In this document: piece by piece, positions 48,864 through 62,011 of the stretch | Layout of the letters: the number at the start of each line of letters is the position of its first letter | Position numbering within the stretch: the first letter of the stretch is position 1 | Source of the DNA: Octopus bimaculoides | Lineage: Eukaryota | Assembly: GCF_001194135.2 (NCBI RefSeq) | Contig: NC_068983.1 | Location: forward strand, 90,115,106-90,179,105 | DNA length: 64,000 bases | Direction of reading: 5' to 3' | Translations under genes and position numbers: made by a program | Notes under the pieces: model-generated | Database searches by the model: none | The model's input: the letters and a program-made list of their open reading frames with translations, nothing else | What the model was told of the DNA's origin: nothing

Positions 48864-51104
48864 GTAATATAGCTATCTTTTAATTTCATTTAAGTACTAT
48901 CATTACTTTGCACTCACTATTCTTCTAGCTCATTTGATAATTGAGGCAACACTAAAGGCTTCATATTCAAGTAGTGATTCAAAAAAGAATACACAAGCAT
49001 AAATGATTTCCAGCTGCTACCTCTTGTCCATTGGGATGATGAATCTTTCTAGTGCTGGGGTTGAAAATGAAATCTTTTATTTCACAGATACAGTTTAAGT
49101 TTGGTGACAGTTTGGTCAGTATGTTGGTGCATTATCACGTCAGTCAGTCACAACTTTAATTGAATCCTTAACTGACCTTAATTTTAGTAACATTAAACTG
49201 CCTATAAAATGGCCAAAGGGGTAAGATATTTGGGTACCAATTCATATCAGTCTAAGGCATTTTCTCATTTTTTGTTATTTCATTATTTCGATATACCCAA
49301 CACCATCTTAGAATAGTTATCTGAACATCTAGTTATCTGTAATAGACAAACACATTATCTTGTGGGGAAATTTTTTAATCTGCTGAAAGTTAAAACCAAG
49401 ACTGGAGTTAAATACCAGTTCAATGGACCTCCTGATATGTGAGAGGATTAATTTAAATTACTTATGTGCTTTAATTAATTCTTAATAAAACATAAAGCAG
49501 TGTAGTAAAATATTTGTAGCTGTTTTATTTATTGATGTATTGCTTTAATGTTTGGAAATAAAACAAGTGCTCACATAAAATTGTACCTGAAAATTAATTT
49601 CATCACATATGTATTACATGTAGGTTTTGATATTAAATGGTATATTACACTTAGTTTTGAACAAATTTAGTGAGAAAAATGTTAAATTGTAAGAAAAATG
49701 TGAGTAAATTTATTAGACTATCATAGAACTTTAATCCTTTGGGGAGGATATACAATTATACATGGTTAAGGAAATAGGTAGAAGATAAAGTGAAAGTATT
49801 ATCAAGACACTCCCACATGCTATCCAAGTTGAAATCTAAATTCTGTCTGTTCCAAACTATGGAAACTTATACAGTACATACTGCTAATTTCTTTAAGGTG
49901 ATGGAAAAAACCAGCCATTAGCAATAACCTTCTTCAATACCTAGAGTTGCTCTCTCTTCTTAATGACCATCAGCATGACTTTCATCAACCCAGATTTACT
50001 GGAAACCTGCTCTTCCATGATCACCAATAGGCTTTCACCTAAAGAAATTTGGTAACATTAGTATTATTGCAAAGTTTTGATCGTGACTAGCATATGAAAC
50101 TCTTGGTGAAACTGCCTGCCTATGGTGAGTAATGTAGGAAAATCGATCTTTCAAATTTAGTTAGCATGAGTCTTGAGAAATTTCTTGAAAAAAAAAAGTC
50201 TTTTTTTGTTTTGGTTTGATCAGAAGATAAATGTGCCATAGCCTTCATAGACCTTTCAAAATGTGAATTGGCTGCCACATGAATTCTTACTAACCAATGG
50301 CAGCAGGAAAAATGTATAGGGAAGGATTTCTGGAGGAAACAGGGAAGGGAAAGAGCCCATGACCCTTACAGGCTCTCTGAAACTGGTGAGATTGATGCCA
50401 TTAGTATTTTGTTTAAATTGTTGCAGATCGATACTGGCAGGAAAGACATAGTCAGAAGATTCCAAACAATGTTCTAGGGATGAAGGATTGGGCATAATGG
50501 CTAGTACAAGGAAAGTGGACATACCAAGAGATGAAATTGGTAGAGGTTTTTTTGCTTTAGTGATGGAGGTATGAGATTTGTCAACTCTGAGGAGCAATAG
50601 CTATTATAGGGGTGCAAGAAAAGACACAGGAGACAGCATGCCCGTTGGCTAAAGTATGTCTGCAAGTGAAAGAGTGCCAATCAGCTATGTGATCCAGGAT
50701 GTCAGTGTGTGTAGCAGCAGCACCATTCCATATACACAGTAAAGAGTGTATACTGGACAGCAGAAACGGACAACAAATAAAAGTTGAGAGATTTGGATTT
50801 TATATAGGAATAAGATGTATGGATTATCTGTTAGTAAGAAGTGATGTATAGGGTCTAGGTTGGATCAGTATCCAAGGATCTTAGGGGAAAGGAGGGAGTA
50901 TTTTCTAGTGAGTCTAGTTTTAAGCTTTCTTGACTCAGGGCTATAGTAGAAGACACTAGGCCAAGGTGCCACATGGTGGGACTGAATCCAAAACCATGTG
51001 GTTGGGAAGTAAACTCACAACTACACCTGCTGTCTGTTTGTCTTTCTCTCATTTTCTCTCTTTCTCTATGTATATTTGTGTGTCTGTATTTGTGTATGTG
51101 TGTG

Positions 51105-52510
51105 TGTCATCATCATTGTTTAATGTCCTTCCATGCTGGCATGGGTTGAATGATTTGGTAGGAGCTTCTGTGTCTGTTTACACATGGTTTTTACAGCTGG
51201 ATGCCCATCCAAACAACAACCACTTTACAGTGTGGGCTGGGTACTTTATAAGTGGCATCTGCACTGGCAGGGTCACCAAGTAACTTTGCAAGACAAGGAA
51301 TCTTTGAGAGGGGAGGGGTCATCTTATGTTAGATGATGAAAGTTTAGAGTGTGACAGAGAGACAGAAACAGATGTCTTGCTGCTGAAGAGGTGCGTGGTT
51401 ACCCAGCTAGGGAGAGAGAGAAGAGAGGGAGAGATTTAACAAGAATGAGGGCAGAAATGGGTATGTTGAAGTGGAGGGGCATGGTTACCTAGAGATAGGG
51501 GGAGTTAACAAGAAATGTGTGTGCTGCTGTAAAGGAGATTCATGGTTACCTAGCCAGAGATAAGAACAAGAAAAGGAGGGAGAAAGAGTGATCAAGAATG
51601 AGGGCAGAAACAGATTTGTTGCTGTAGAGGAGATATATGATTACTCAGCCAGAAGAAAGAATGAGGGAAAGAGAGAGAGAGTAGGAAACAGCAGGAGAGG
51701 GATGGTGGTAAGGGGGTTAGGGTATAGATGGGATAGTAGAGTAAGGAAGAGAGAGATGAATAGTGTCAGGTGCTGGCAGGATATTGCCAAGAAGTCTTGA
51801 GTAGTGATTGGGGGTGGGGAATGCTGTGACTGGTGAAAATTTGGGTGTATAGAGAGGAAGGAGATGGGGGAAGCAATGATACAGTGAGGATTGGATTGGG
51901 GAGTGGGAGATAATCATAGTGTATGAAAAGGAAATGTGAGGAAAAGAAGGTAAACAGTTTGAGAAAGGAGGATGTAGTTTGGTTTGTTGGGGTAGGGTAT
52001 GTGAAAATTTTATTGTTATATGTGGGTGGAACCCAAGCTTCTAGAATTCAGGTTTGCTGATGTGTGCCGGGGGGGGGGGTCTTCTCTAGAACCTCATATC
52101 ACCAGACATCTCAGTCCATTGTCTTTTCCCCTGTGAACACCACATCCTGAGATTAGTCTTCCTGGGTCTCCTTCTTCCACAAGTGCTATCCACTTTCAGT
52201 GACCAGCACTTTATACAGCTGTCTTCATTCATATGCATCACATGTCCAATCCAGTGTAGTCTCCTCTCTTGCACAAAACATTTGATTCCTCTTATAACTT
52301 TTCTCTCAACATTCTTGCACTTTGTCATTCATGCACATTGATGCTGCACATGCAGCAGAGTATACTGCCTTCATTCTTCTCTAGTCTATATTTGTCTTCT
52401 GCATTCAGAGCCCAAGTTTCACTACCATGGAGTATAGCCATTTGCACATAAGCATCATACAATCTACCTTTCACTATGAGAAAGAGTCCTTTTGTTGCCA
52501 ACAGAGGTGT
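51105..52510 (-). mobile_element. RTE C-terminus with long CT-rich 3' UTR and (GAT)n end
   Basis: VQERRLHWIGHVMHMNEDSCIK...CGRRRPRKT, with the 3' end motif at 51105-51280. Confidence 0.75.
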
Positions 52511-52511
52511 G

Positions 52512-52564
<53 letters not shown>

Positions 52565-52769
52565 GCTCACACATTTTATTTATGAATTAACAGAGCAACC
52601 AATTGTTTCATGTGGGAAAAAATTTCCACAAATTTTCAAATAAACCAATTGAGAATGCTGGTAATGATCTCCATTTTGTATGAGAATACATGAGGTTATG
52701 AAAGTCTATGTGGAACTCAAAATAAATACACAGATCAGGGAAGGTGACATATAAGAGTTTTTTAATTGT

Positions 52770-53940
52770 TTCTTGCATTGACCATGGATTTTTGCAAGAT
52801 TTTGTAACCCTGAAGGATCATAAAGACAATTTTACACAAAATTGTAGCTATAGATTACTAAATCTCACAGAAAGTAAAATAGGCATTATTAGCAAATCTG
52901 TACTAGATAGTATCATACATCAGAGCCTCCTCACACTTTACTCAATGGACATGTAGCAGTACCAAATGCAATTTCTTCCAGTTTGACATCATAAAGTTTC
53001 ACCTCAATTTCCAAATATCTCCTCCAAAAGGCACTTAGGTTTAGTAAAGCATGTACAGCCATCACTAACACTAATACAACCATTATAATTAATGCAAGGA
53101 AATCATTGCATTTTCATAAGCTGCTTGATGTCATTATGGGGAGCAAAGATAGTGAAACTGGTTGGCCCCTACATCCTGCATATCCTTAACAATGACATAG
53201 AAGACACCAACATAGAGTTATATAGGGATGGCAGTCTAGGAATAATACATATAATAAAAATGGCCTTGATATGGATAAGATAAAGAAATTATGCAAAATA
53301 TTAGTCAGCTCAACTTAAAAACTACTGTTAGTGCTAACCTTTAAGAAGTTAATTTTTTAGAGTTTAGGAAGTTAATTTTCTAGAGATGAATATTAATCTT
53401 AGTATAGGCAAATTTAAACCTTTCCATAAACCAAATAAGGACATCTCCTACATTGATAGAAGCTCAACCATCCATTGTCAATTATCAAACAATTAGTTAA
53501 TAGTATGCGTGTTTCTAAACTATCCTCTAATGGAGCAACTTTCAAAAAGATGGCCCCATATTACAACACTACATTAGAAAGATCCACTTTTAAGAATAGT
53601 ATAATCTATATTGAACCAAAAGCAAAAAGGTCAAAACGATGTAGACATAGGAAAATATTAAGGTATAACCCTCCATATGGCATGAACAGAACAATAAAAA
53701 CTTACATTGACATGACTGGATGTACCTTCAAGGAAAAGATACACACAGCACTTGGTTTCATTTAGAGACAAGAACAAAAGGCATGAAACATCTTTTTCTA
53801 ATATGGTATAGACACTTAAAGAGAGGAGTGTAGATAACCCCCATGTAAACTGGCACATCATTGTAAAGGCCAGAAAATATAGGGGATGGGGCAACAAATA
53901 CAATCTAGATCTCAGAGAAATTAAATATAACATCAACTAA
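52770..53940 (+). mobile_element. Penelope-like RT + GIY-YIG remnant (possibly Naiad-type; clade is inference)
   Basis: FVTLKDHKDNF...RLLNLTESKIGIISKSVLD, FDIIKF, LYRDGSL, NHPLSIIKQL, YNPPYG and TYIDMTGCTFKE. Confidence 0.85.
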
Positions 53941-54639
53941 CATTTTGACTACTATTGACTAATTTTGCATTTGAAACCTGTGAAACCCCAGAGATGATAA
54001 TATGCACATGCTCAAACATGAAACAAACATATGCTGTAGACATAAGTATTTATAAATATTGTTATTCATGAATGATCTTGTATAAGATAATTAAGGAATT
54101 AATCTATGGTGAATGCAGATGTTTACCAAAATCTAGGACCAATGCAAGGGAGATAACAAGAAATTAGTTATCTCCCCTGATCTATTTTTATTTTGATGTC
54201 CCACATAGTCTCATTTAACCTTATGTATTTTCATGCAAAATGAAGACAATTATCAGCATTCTCAAGTGGATCACTTGAAGAATTGTGAAGATTTTTTCCA
54301 CATGAAAGAATTGCTTTCCTTGTTAGTCCATAAATAAAGAATATTTATTCTCATTGTTTGATGCTATTGTATGTGTATATGTGGGTGGAACTTGAAGAGG
54401 GAGACTGTTATGATGTGTGTGTACATATAGAGTGTAAAATAATATTACTCAAATATTTGGATGTGGTTTCTAAAACAACCTATCACAAAATTATTATGTT
54501 CACAAAGAATGCACTTCATACTACTGGAATGTAGGTATGATATTAAGCCAACACATGTCACACTAACATAGTAAACAATATAGTCAACCAACACTGTTAA
54601 CTGCCCCTGTCAGTTCACACAGTTCTTTATTTATTGAAA

Positions 54640-55420
54640 TCCATCAGTCTCCTTTCAGTCACATGGGAGTGTACAGGATTCTCCCATAATAGACCCAGGA
54701 AGATATGGGATGAAGTATTGACATCTGATTTCAATATGCTGAGTCTTAAGGAGGAAATGACAAAGGACTGAGATATCTAGCACTTTGTTGTGCCTGAGAA
54801 AACCCACCCACCACAACAGAATTGATATCCTAAAAACCACATAGATATGCAAAGCTCTGCCGCTCTTCCATTCTCACTACCCCATCAAGCTTCCCTACAC
54901 TCATCATTACTCCATCCCTAATATTATTTGGTTACCATTATCACTTGTGAACAGAATAGGTACTTTGGTTACTTTCCTCCCCCTCCCCAGTACCACTTCC
55001 ATTCCCCATTATCTTTTTCCAGTCATGCTCTCTTCCCGCTCTTAGACTCCGTCCTTAACACTTTTTCATTCCCTATCTCCCAATGTCCTCGCATAACTAA
55101 CATACTTTACTCTTTCCTGAGTTATTCCTATATCTTGATTTCAATTACTAGTCTCTTCTATTCCATTTAACCATCTTCTTTCACATTCTTACAAAATTTT
55201 GCCTTCTCCTCCACTCACTCACCCAGTCTAGTCCTCTGTCATTTTACCTATATTTCCCACCACTTAGCTTGAGGATATATGCTGGCACATATCCATCAAC
55301 ATCTCTCTCATTGTGTCTCCTGCCTTCAACTGGGATCTTTGTATATCTCCTACAATAAGACACCCATCTCTATCCTTCTGTTATTCTTTTAACCTCTCAT
55401 CAACTACATATATATATATA
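54640..55420 (+). mobile_element. RTE 3' fragment with CT-rich UTR
   Basis: agacccaggaagatatgggatgaagt (RPRKxWDEV-like). The UTR resembles the reverse complement of 51600-51700. Confidence 0.55.
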
Positions 55421-55859
55421 TATATACATATGAAAACTTACACAATATTCATGCATAAACACACATAATACTTGCACACACAACTGTGCCACACTGACTT
55501 TATGCACAGACATGCATGCACGCATATGACCGACCATTTCTTACACACACACATGCTTAAAACTGACACAAGAACACACACATGCTACTCACACAAAGTA
55601 TACATGTATACATTAGCCGCTACATGTGTGCTTGCACACAGACACATCTGATACCCTCATATGTTAGACAGCCTCACATTTACATGTCACATGTCCACAC
55701 ACATGCACACAAACATAAATACATGGAGCACACATTATCCTCACATACACACACAACCTTGTGCACCCACATTTTAGTCAAATCACTGTTGTCTCCCTTG
55801 CCACTCATGTCTCCAACTATTTCCTCCCTTTCGGTCAATTCAACATGTACAACCATTAA

Positions 55860-56050
55860 TCCAGACATGATGTTTTTCTCTCTCTTTATTTTTATTTTTA
55901 TTCTCTCTCCATCTGTCTTCTCTCCTCGTTTTTTCAGTAGAAGAGTTGACACTCGAAACATCAAAGACTTCTTCCTATTGATCTGAGTGTCAAACTAATA
56001 TACTTTGTTTGTTGTTCCTACACTTGTCTTTTTTTTTGTTTTGTATAATT
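55860..56050 (+). repeat. Dispersed repeat with hammerhead-like fold (copy 2)
   Basis: ttttt-CAGTAGA-a-gagt-tgac-actc-GAAA-ca-TC-aaagac at 55930-55968. Confidence 0.6.
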
Positions 56051-56056
56051 TTGAAC

Positions 56057-56088
<32 letters not shown>

Positions 56089-56089
56089 C

Positions 56090-56250
56090 ACACACAGTTA
56101 CCTTCCTTCAATTTCCATCTGCCAAATCCAGTCACAAGGCTTTGGTCAACCTGGGGCTATAGTAGAAGATGCTTGTTTAAGGTGCCACGCATTGAAACTG
56201 ATCTCGGAACCATGTAATTAGGAAGAAAACTTCTTACCATGTAGCCACAT
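56090..56250 (-). mobile_element. SINE family C 5' half
   Basis: ggggctatagtagaagatgc...aaggtgccacgc...cttcttaccat. Confidence 0.7.
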
Positions 56251-57469
56251 CTGCACGTATCCATGCTTGCACCTATATGTAGATTTGTTTAATAATTGGT
56301 AAATAAGACTACTATTATACAACATAGACATGAAAAATACCAGTATATATTAAAATAAAATGGTCTATTGAGGATGGAGAAAAGTATTAATTGAGTATGA
56401 TCCATTGGATGCTGCCTTAAAAAGAAAACTGAGATAGTGTCTAAGTGTTAAAAGCATCAGCCAATATATGTGAATGTAGTAGAGAGATGGTTGCATTGCT
56501 GCAAACATATGAAGTGAATGGACAAAATATACAGGGTAAAAATCTCAAGTTGCAGAGTATCATAGATTAAATGGTATGTAATCAAAACAAGTGGCAATCT
56601 ACATTATAGTTATATCCAATACATGGCAGTATAAAAGAGTAGGACATGATGGATACACAAGCATACACACATCTACACACTTTGAGGTTACAGTCTTCCA
56701 CTGATCACATTTGAGTGCTGATTTCAGTAGCTGCTTATTCCAAGTGATTGCCATCATGCAACACTGCCTTTTTCCATCAGCTTTCCACCATGTTGACTGA
56801 TGTGCAATAAAATTCTCTTTTCATTAATTGGCATTGTCATTGCCACCTTCTAGTGATTTCAGCAGCATCTACGTTTTTTCTTCTGTATATTTCGCCATTA
56901 TTACATTTTGTGTGTGGAATCTGCAGCATCTGATAGTAGCAGATAGGTCAACTTACATTGCAAATAGTTCATTTATTTATTGACTCAATCACACTGGGAA
57001 TAAGCAATGGAGTATGTACCATTGAAACCTACATTAGTAACAGTGTGTCAACAAAACAAAACATGAGTGTTTTTAATTTGGTTGTTAAAAACTCATAGGT
57101 TAGCTCTGATGAAGCAAACCTGGGATTAAAGATATTCCAGCTGTGACTGAAATGTCTTTAACTCTAGTCTTTTTCATAGAGGTTGTCTTGTTGACTTGCT
57201 TTAATAGCATTTATATGATATTGAAGATATAGTATTCCACATAGCTAATGTCTTTTTGCAAATGATGTGTTCAAAATAACATTTGTTTGGCTGTATTTAA
57301 ATTTTGATTGAGATTGCATAATTGATAGCATTTTATACCCACAAAGTATCTTTCCATACATTCAAGCTTAGTGAGTGGGGATGGAAAATAGGAAAAATAA
57401 AAACAAAATATATATAAATTTATACAACTGAAGACAATTGAGATTATAAATTTTAATTTTTCTGTTGGC

Positions 57470-57689
57470 TTATCGCTTTAGCATTTAAACCAGCCATATC
57501 CTGTCCAATTAATCTACTGGTTTTATGTTCAAACAGCTTCTCACACCTATCCTACAATGTCATTCTAAAAATAAATAATCACATCTTTAAAATCTCAAAG
57601 CATGAGATAATGTATGATTAATAAAAAAAAAACAATATGAATAAATAAGAATTATATTTGATAGAGAAAGCTGAATGCTAAAGAGTTAC
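57470..57689. mobile_element. TTAA-type MITE, second copy
   Basis: ctttagcatttaaaccagccatatc...ctcacacctatcctacaatgtcattc...gaatgctaaaagagtta. Confidence 0.7.
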
Positions 57690-59514
57690 AAACTAATGCA
57701 AGATTTGTGTAATAGTGTGTTTAATTACAATCATAATTATATTGCCATATATTATATTGCATTTGACACACGTTACCTTCAGCAGAACCATTTCTACTAT
57801 TATCAAATGCCACTCCCAATACCATTCACAGAGCTATTTTTACCAGCAGCACTGCTACCTTTGCATAGGCATCATCTATAGCTACTAAAATAATTATAAT
57901 CACTATTACTACCACCATCATTATCATCACTTTTCTTTCTATTCACATCTTTCTTTTTTTACTTCACTTTTCTCCATTTCTTTTCTTCTCCCTTCTTCCC
58001 TCTCCCTGTTTTTATTTCCCTTTTTTCCCTCACATCTTTGTTGCTTCTCTTGCCTTCCTCTCTTTCTCTCTTTTCTTTCATTTCTTTTCCTTTCTCGCTT
58101 TTCCTTTCTTTCTCTCAATACTCCTTTTCCCATATCTCCAGTTTGTCAATAACACCCCTCACATTAACCAGAATGTGCAGCTAAGAATCAGAATGCTTTT
58201 CCAGCAGCCTCTACTGGTGTATTAGTATAACTGTAGGTGATATTTGATCTGTGAAGACTGCACTAAACGCCAGGAGAGATTGCAAAAGACAAATATTTTA
58301 TGGATTTACACATCTCTTATTGGTTCAGTCCCAATTCAGAAATCATGAAAATTATGCCCCCATCTCCCCAAATGTTAATGGATTAATCCTTTGCAAAAGC
58401 TTAAGACTCCACAGGGAAGCACTTAAGTCTTTCTGTAGTTTAAAACACTTGAAAGTTAAATCTTCCTATGGATAGGACACTGGTTCTCTGTGGATGTTAG
58501 CTTTTTTTTCTCTGGAAGGAATTTAACTTGGAATTATAAGCCACTAAAACACTCATCATTTCCACTTTGCTTCCTCTGCTTGCAATTACAAAAAAATAGT
58601 CACCCTATTAATGATATGAAAGCACTTCCACACAGGTGTTCAACTTTCTAAGCAGCCAAATGTCCTTCAAATTACATATGATCTTCTCTAAAAAAAAGAC
58701 ACAATAGATAATGTAGTTCAAGATATACAAAAATATGCAATAGTCTGGCTAGAATACCTTTATCAAAGGTCTGCTGAATTGAGCTGACCTAGGGTTAAAA
58801 CACAACATAACCACCCTCTAGTATCTAATTATAGTAGATTAGAAACTACCATTGATAAGTAGGTATCTTGACCAAGACCCATCACAGAACTAGACACCAA
58901 CCACTGACTCTTTGGCTGTGTGCTTCACCATCTATAGATCTTAAAAGATATGGAACTTTTACATATCTTTCTACTTTTACTCTTATTATTTTTCATCCTT
59001 TGAATTTCACTCGATATTTGCTGTGTTTTTTATTGTTAGTGTTGAAAACAAAAACTCAAACCAATAAGTATTATACATGCTTATACATGAATTTATTTCT
59101 CTATTCCAGTTTTTATACACTTAAATCACACATATTTACACATGTTTGTGTGTTTTGTATATGTGTATATGATATATATGTTTTTAGTACATTAAATTGA
59201 TGTATGCCTGTTAAGGTGACTGTAAAGTCTGTCATGTAATTAAATCACCAAATGTATACTGTAGTTCCACTCAGACAACTAAGCATACTTTTTTTTGTTA
59301 TGAACCCTGATAAACACTGCAGAAAGCTGTTTATAAATTTGTTGGGGGAACTAAGGCTAATTTTTAACAATCCCGACACACTGATACTCACCCATACTTG
59401 TCCACTTTTACACACACACACACACTGTGGCCATTGTCAGTATTTACAACAGCCAGAAACACAAAATATTATATGGTCATAAATAGTATCTTCTAAATGA
59501 AAATGAACAATATA

Positions 59515-59890
59515 GGCGTAGGAGTGTCTGTGTGGTAAGTAGCTTGCCTACCAACCACATGGTTCCGGGTTCAGTCCCACTGCTTGGCACCTTGGGCAAA
59601 TGTCTTCTACTATAGCCTCAGGCCGATCAAAGCCTTGTGAGTGGATTTGGTAGACGGAAACTGAAAGAAGCTTGTCGTATGTATATATATATGTATGTGT
59701 GTGTATATGTTTGTGTGTCTGTGTTTGTTTCCCCCCCCCCCATCACTTGTAACTTAGCGGTTCGGCAAAAGAGACCGATAGAATAAATACTAGGTTTACA
59801 AAGAATAAGTCTTGGAGTCGATTTGCTCAATTAAAGGCGGTGCTCCAGCATGGCCACAGTCAAATGACTGAAACAAGTAAAAGAGTAATA
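59515..59890 (+). mobile_element. SINE family C, full length
   Basis: tRNA-like head tggtaagtagcttg...ggttccgggttcagtccc, internal (TA/TG)n, and tail gaaacaagtaaaagagta. Confidence 0.9.
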
Positions 59891-61191
59891 GAAGACTTTT
59901 TGAGTGGAGGAATCCTTCCAACTTTGTGGTCAATAATTGCACTCCACCAAATTAATAACTAAGTTGCTCTGTTCCCTGTAATGTCAGTTTTCTTTCTTTG
60001 GTCTTAATGTTTCCTCTGATGTTCATAACATCATGCTAACTTGAACTACTATACAGCATCCCACACTTCATTGTCAGAGGAGGAAAGGGAAACCTCTAAG
60101 CCTTGTGGGAAAAATTTTATTCTCATACTAGAGTTTTGGTTTGAATACTTACACATGTGGATTCAGGTAAAAATGTCCAGAGATCAGATGGTACTGTTAA
60201 ATTAGGTGACAGATTAAGTCTACCTTCTAAGAACATAAAAATTCCTGACTAGCCTCCGTATATTTTCCATTTACCAAATTTTATTCACAAGACTTTACCT
60301 ATTCACTCGACCTGCTAGAAATAGTAGCCAAATTTTCTTCAAAAATAGTTACATTGGATGATATAGTGGTGATATACAATTCCCAAGAATACAGAATGGT
60401 AATAACAAAAATGTCGTTTGTGACAGCTCTGCTCAGTTAAGTTGAAACAACAAGTGAAACAACACCATGTTATACAAGCCTACATCCCACAAACTGTCCT
60501 ACTGCATGTTAGAGTGTGCAGTATTGTTTCTGGCTGTTTGGAATTAAGGTGTAATTGAATCAACAGATCTATAAGTTATGTTTAGATCAATTATTTGATA
60601 TCATAGAGCTGCTTAACCAGAGCATACTCACAGTTTGAGAAAATCAATATAATTCATACTTAAACTAACCAAGCAATTGTTATATTTGTTTTGGATGGTT
60701 ATGAGGTTTTTAAATAAGCTCATTAAAAGTGACAGTCTATTAGAGAAGGACTCAGTCATTCAAGTCAACAGTAATGATGCTTGATGTGGTGAGCTGTTCC
60801 TATTATGCACTTCCTATAAAGAACTAGGTGGACAAGCCCAAATGGGAGTTGCCTTTTTTTATGCTGATTGTTTACAACCCTATTTTCTTTGCTGTCAGCG
60901 ATTTTCTTACAGATGTTGCCAAAATTCTTATCGCTGAATTAGACTCCTACTATACTGTATTATAGTGGCAAGATTCGATAGACATGCAGTGACTGAACAC
61001 CTCCCATTGATGATTTCCAATAGAATGAAATCTCCTGGTGTTCTGGTACTTACCCATGACTGATGTTTCTCATCAGCTACAATGTATGTATGTGCTTTTA
61101 TGCACCAAGTGCTTATATGAATGGCTCTCTCAAGGCTGTATTCAGTGGCCTAACAAGATATCCATGTTAAGTTGGATATAAAGATTACCTC

Positions 61192-62011
61192 ATCATCATC
61201 ATTTAATGTCCATTGTCCATGCTGGCATGGATTGGACAGTTTAATCAGGGCTGGCAAGCTGAAGGGTTGCACCAGACTCCAGTCTCGTATGGCATGGTTT
61301 TTACAGCTGTATGCCCTTCCTAATGCCAACCACTCCGAGAGTGTAATGGGTGCTTTTATGTACCACTGGCATGGATGCCAGTTGCGTGACACCAGTATCT
61401 ATTGCAACTACAATTTCACTTGGCTTGATGGGTCTTCTTCTCAAGCACAGCATATTACCAAAGGTCTCGGTCATTTGCTATTGCCTCCATGCGGCCCAAC
61501 ACTCAAAAGGTGCTTTTTACATACCAGCAGCAATGGCCACATTACCTCCGTGAAGCTCAAAGCTCAAAAGGTGCTTTTTATGTGCTACCAACATGGGTGC
61601 CAGTTATGTAACACCTGCATCAGCCACGACTATGATTTCACTTATCCTGATGGGTCTTCTCAAGCACAGCATATGCCAAAAGTCTTGGTCACTAGTCAAT
61701 GCCTCCATGAGTCCCAACATTCGAAAATCATGCTTCACCACCTTGTGCCATGTCTTCCTGGGTCTACCTCTACCACAGATTCTCTCCACAGAGATTGGCA
61801 CTTCTTTACACTTCTTTACAAGCATCACATGACTATACCAGTGCAGTTGTCTCTCTTGCACACTACATCTGCTGCCTCTAATGCCTAACTTTTCTCTCAA
61901 GATGCTTACACTCAGTCATACATGCACACTAACATTGCACATCCAGCGAAGCATACTGGCTTCATTTCTTTCAAGCCTGTGCATGTCCTTGGCAGTCACA
62001 GCCCATGTTTC
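61192..62011 (-). mobile_element. RTE family A 3' portion, interrupted by an LTR element
   Basis: VQERQLHWYSHV...CGRGRPRKTW, 3' UTR and (GAT)n tail. Homology with 25400-25460 stops at gtttc (62011). Confidence 0.9.

Noticed and set aside
14977-59600. tRNA genes
   Set aside because: The tRNA-like heads continue into SINE bodies and no complete cloverleaf is apparent.
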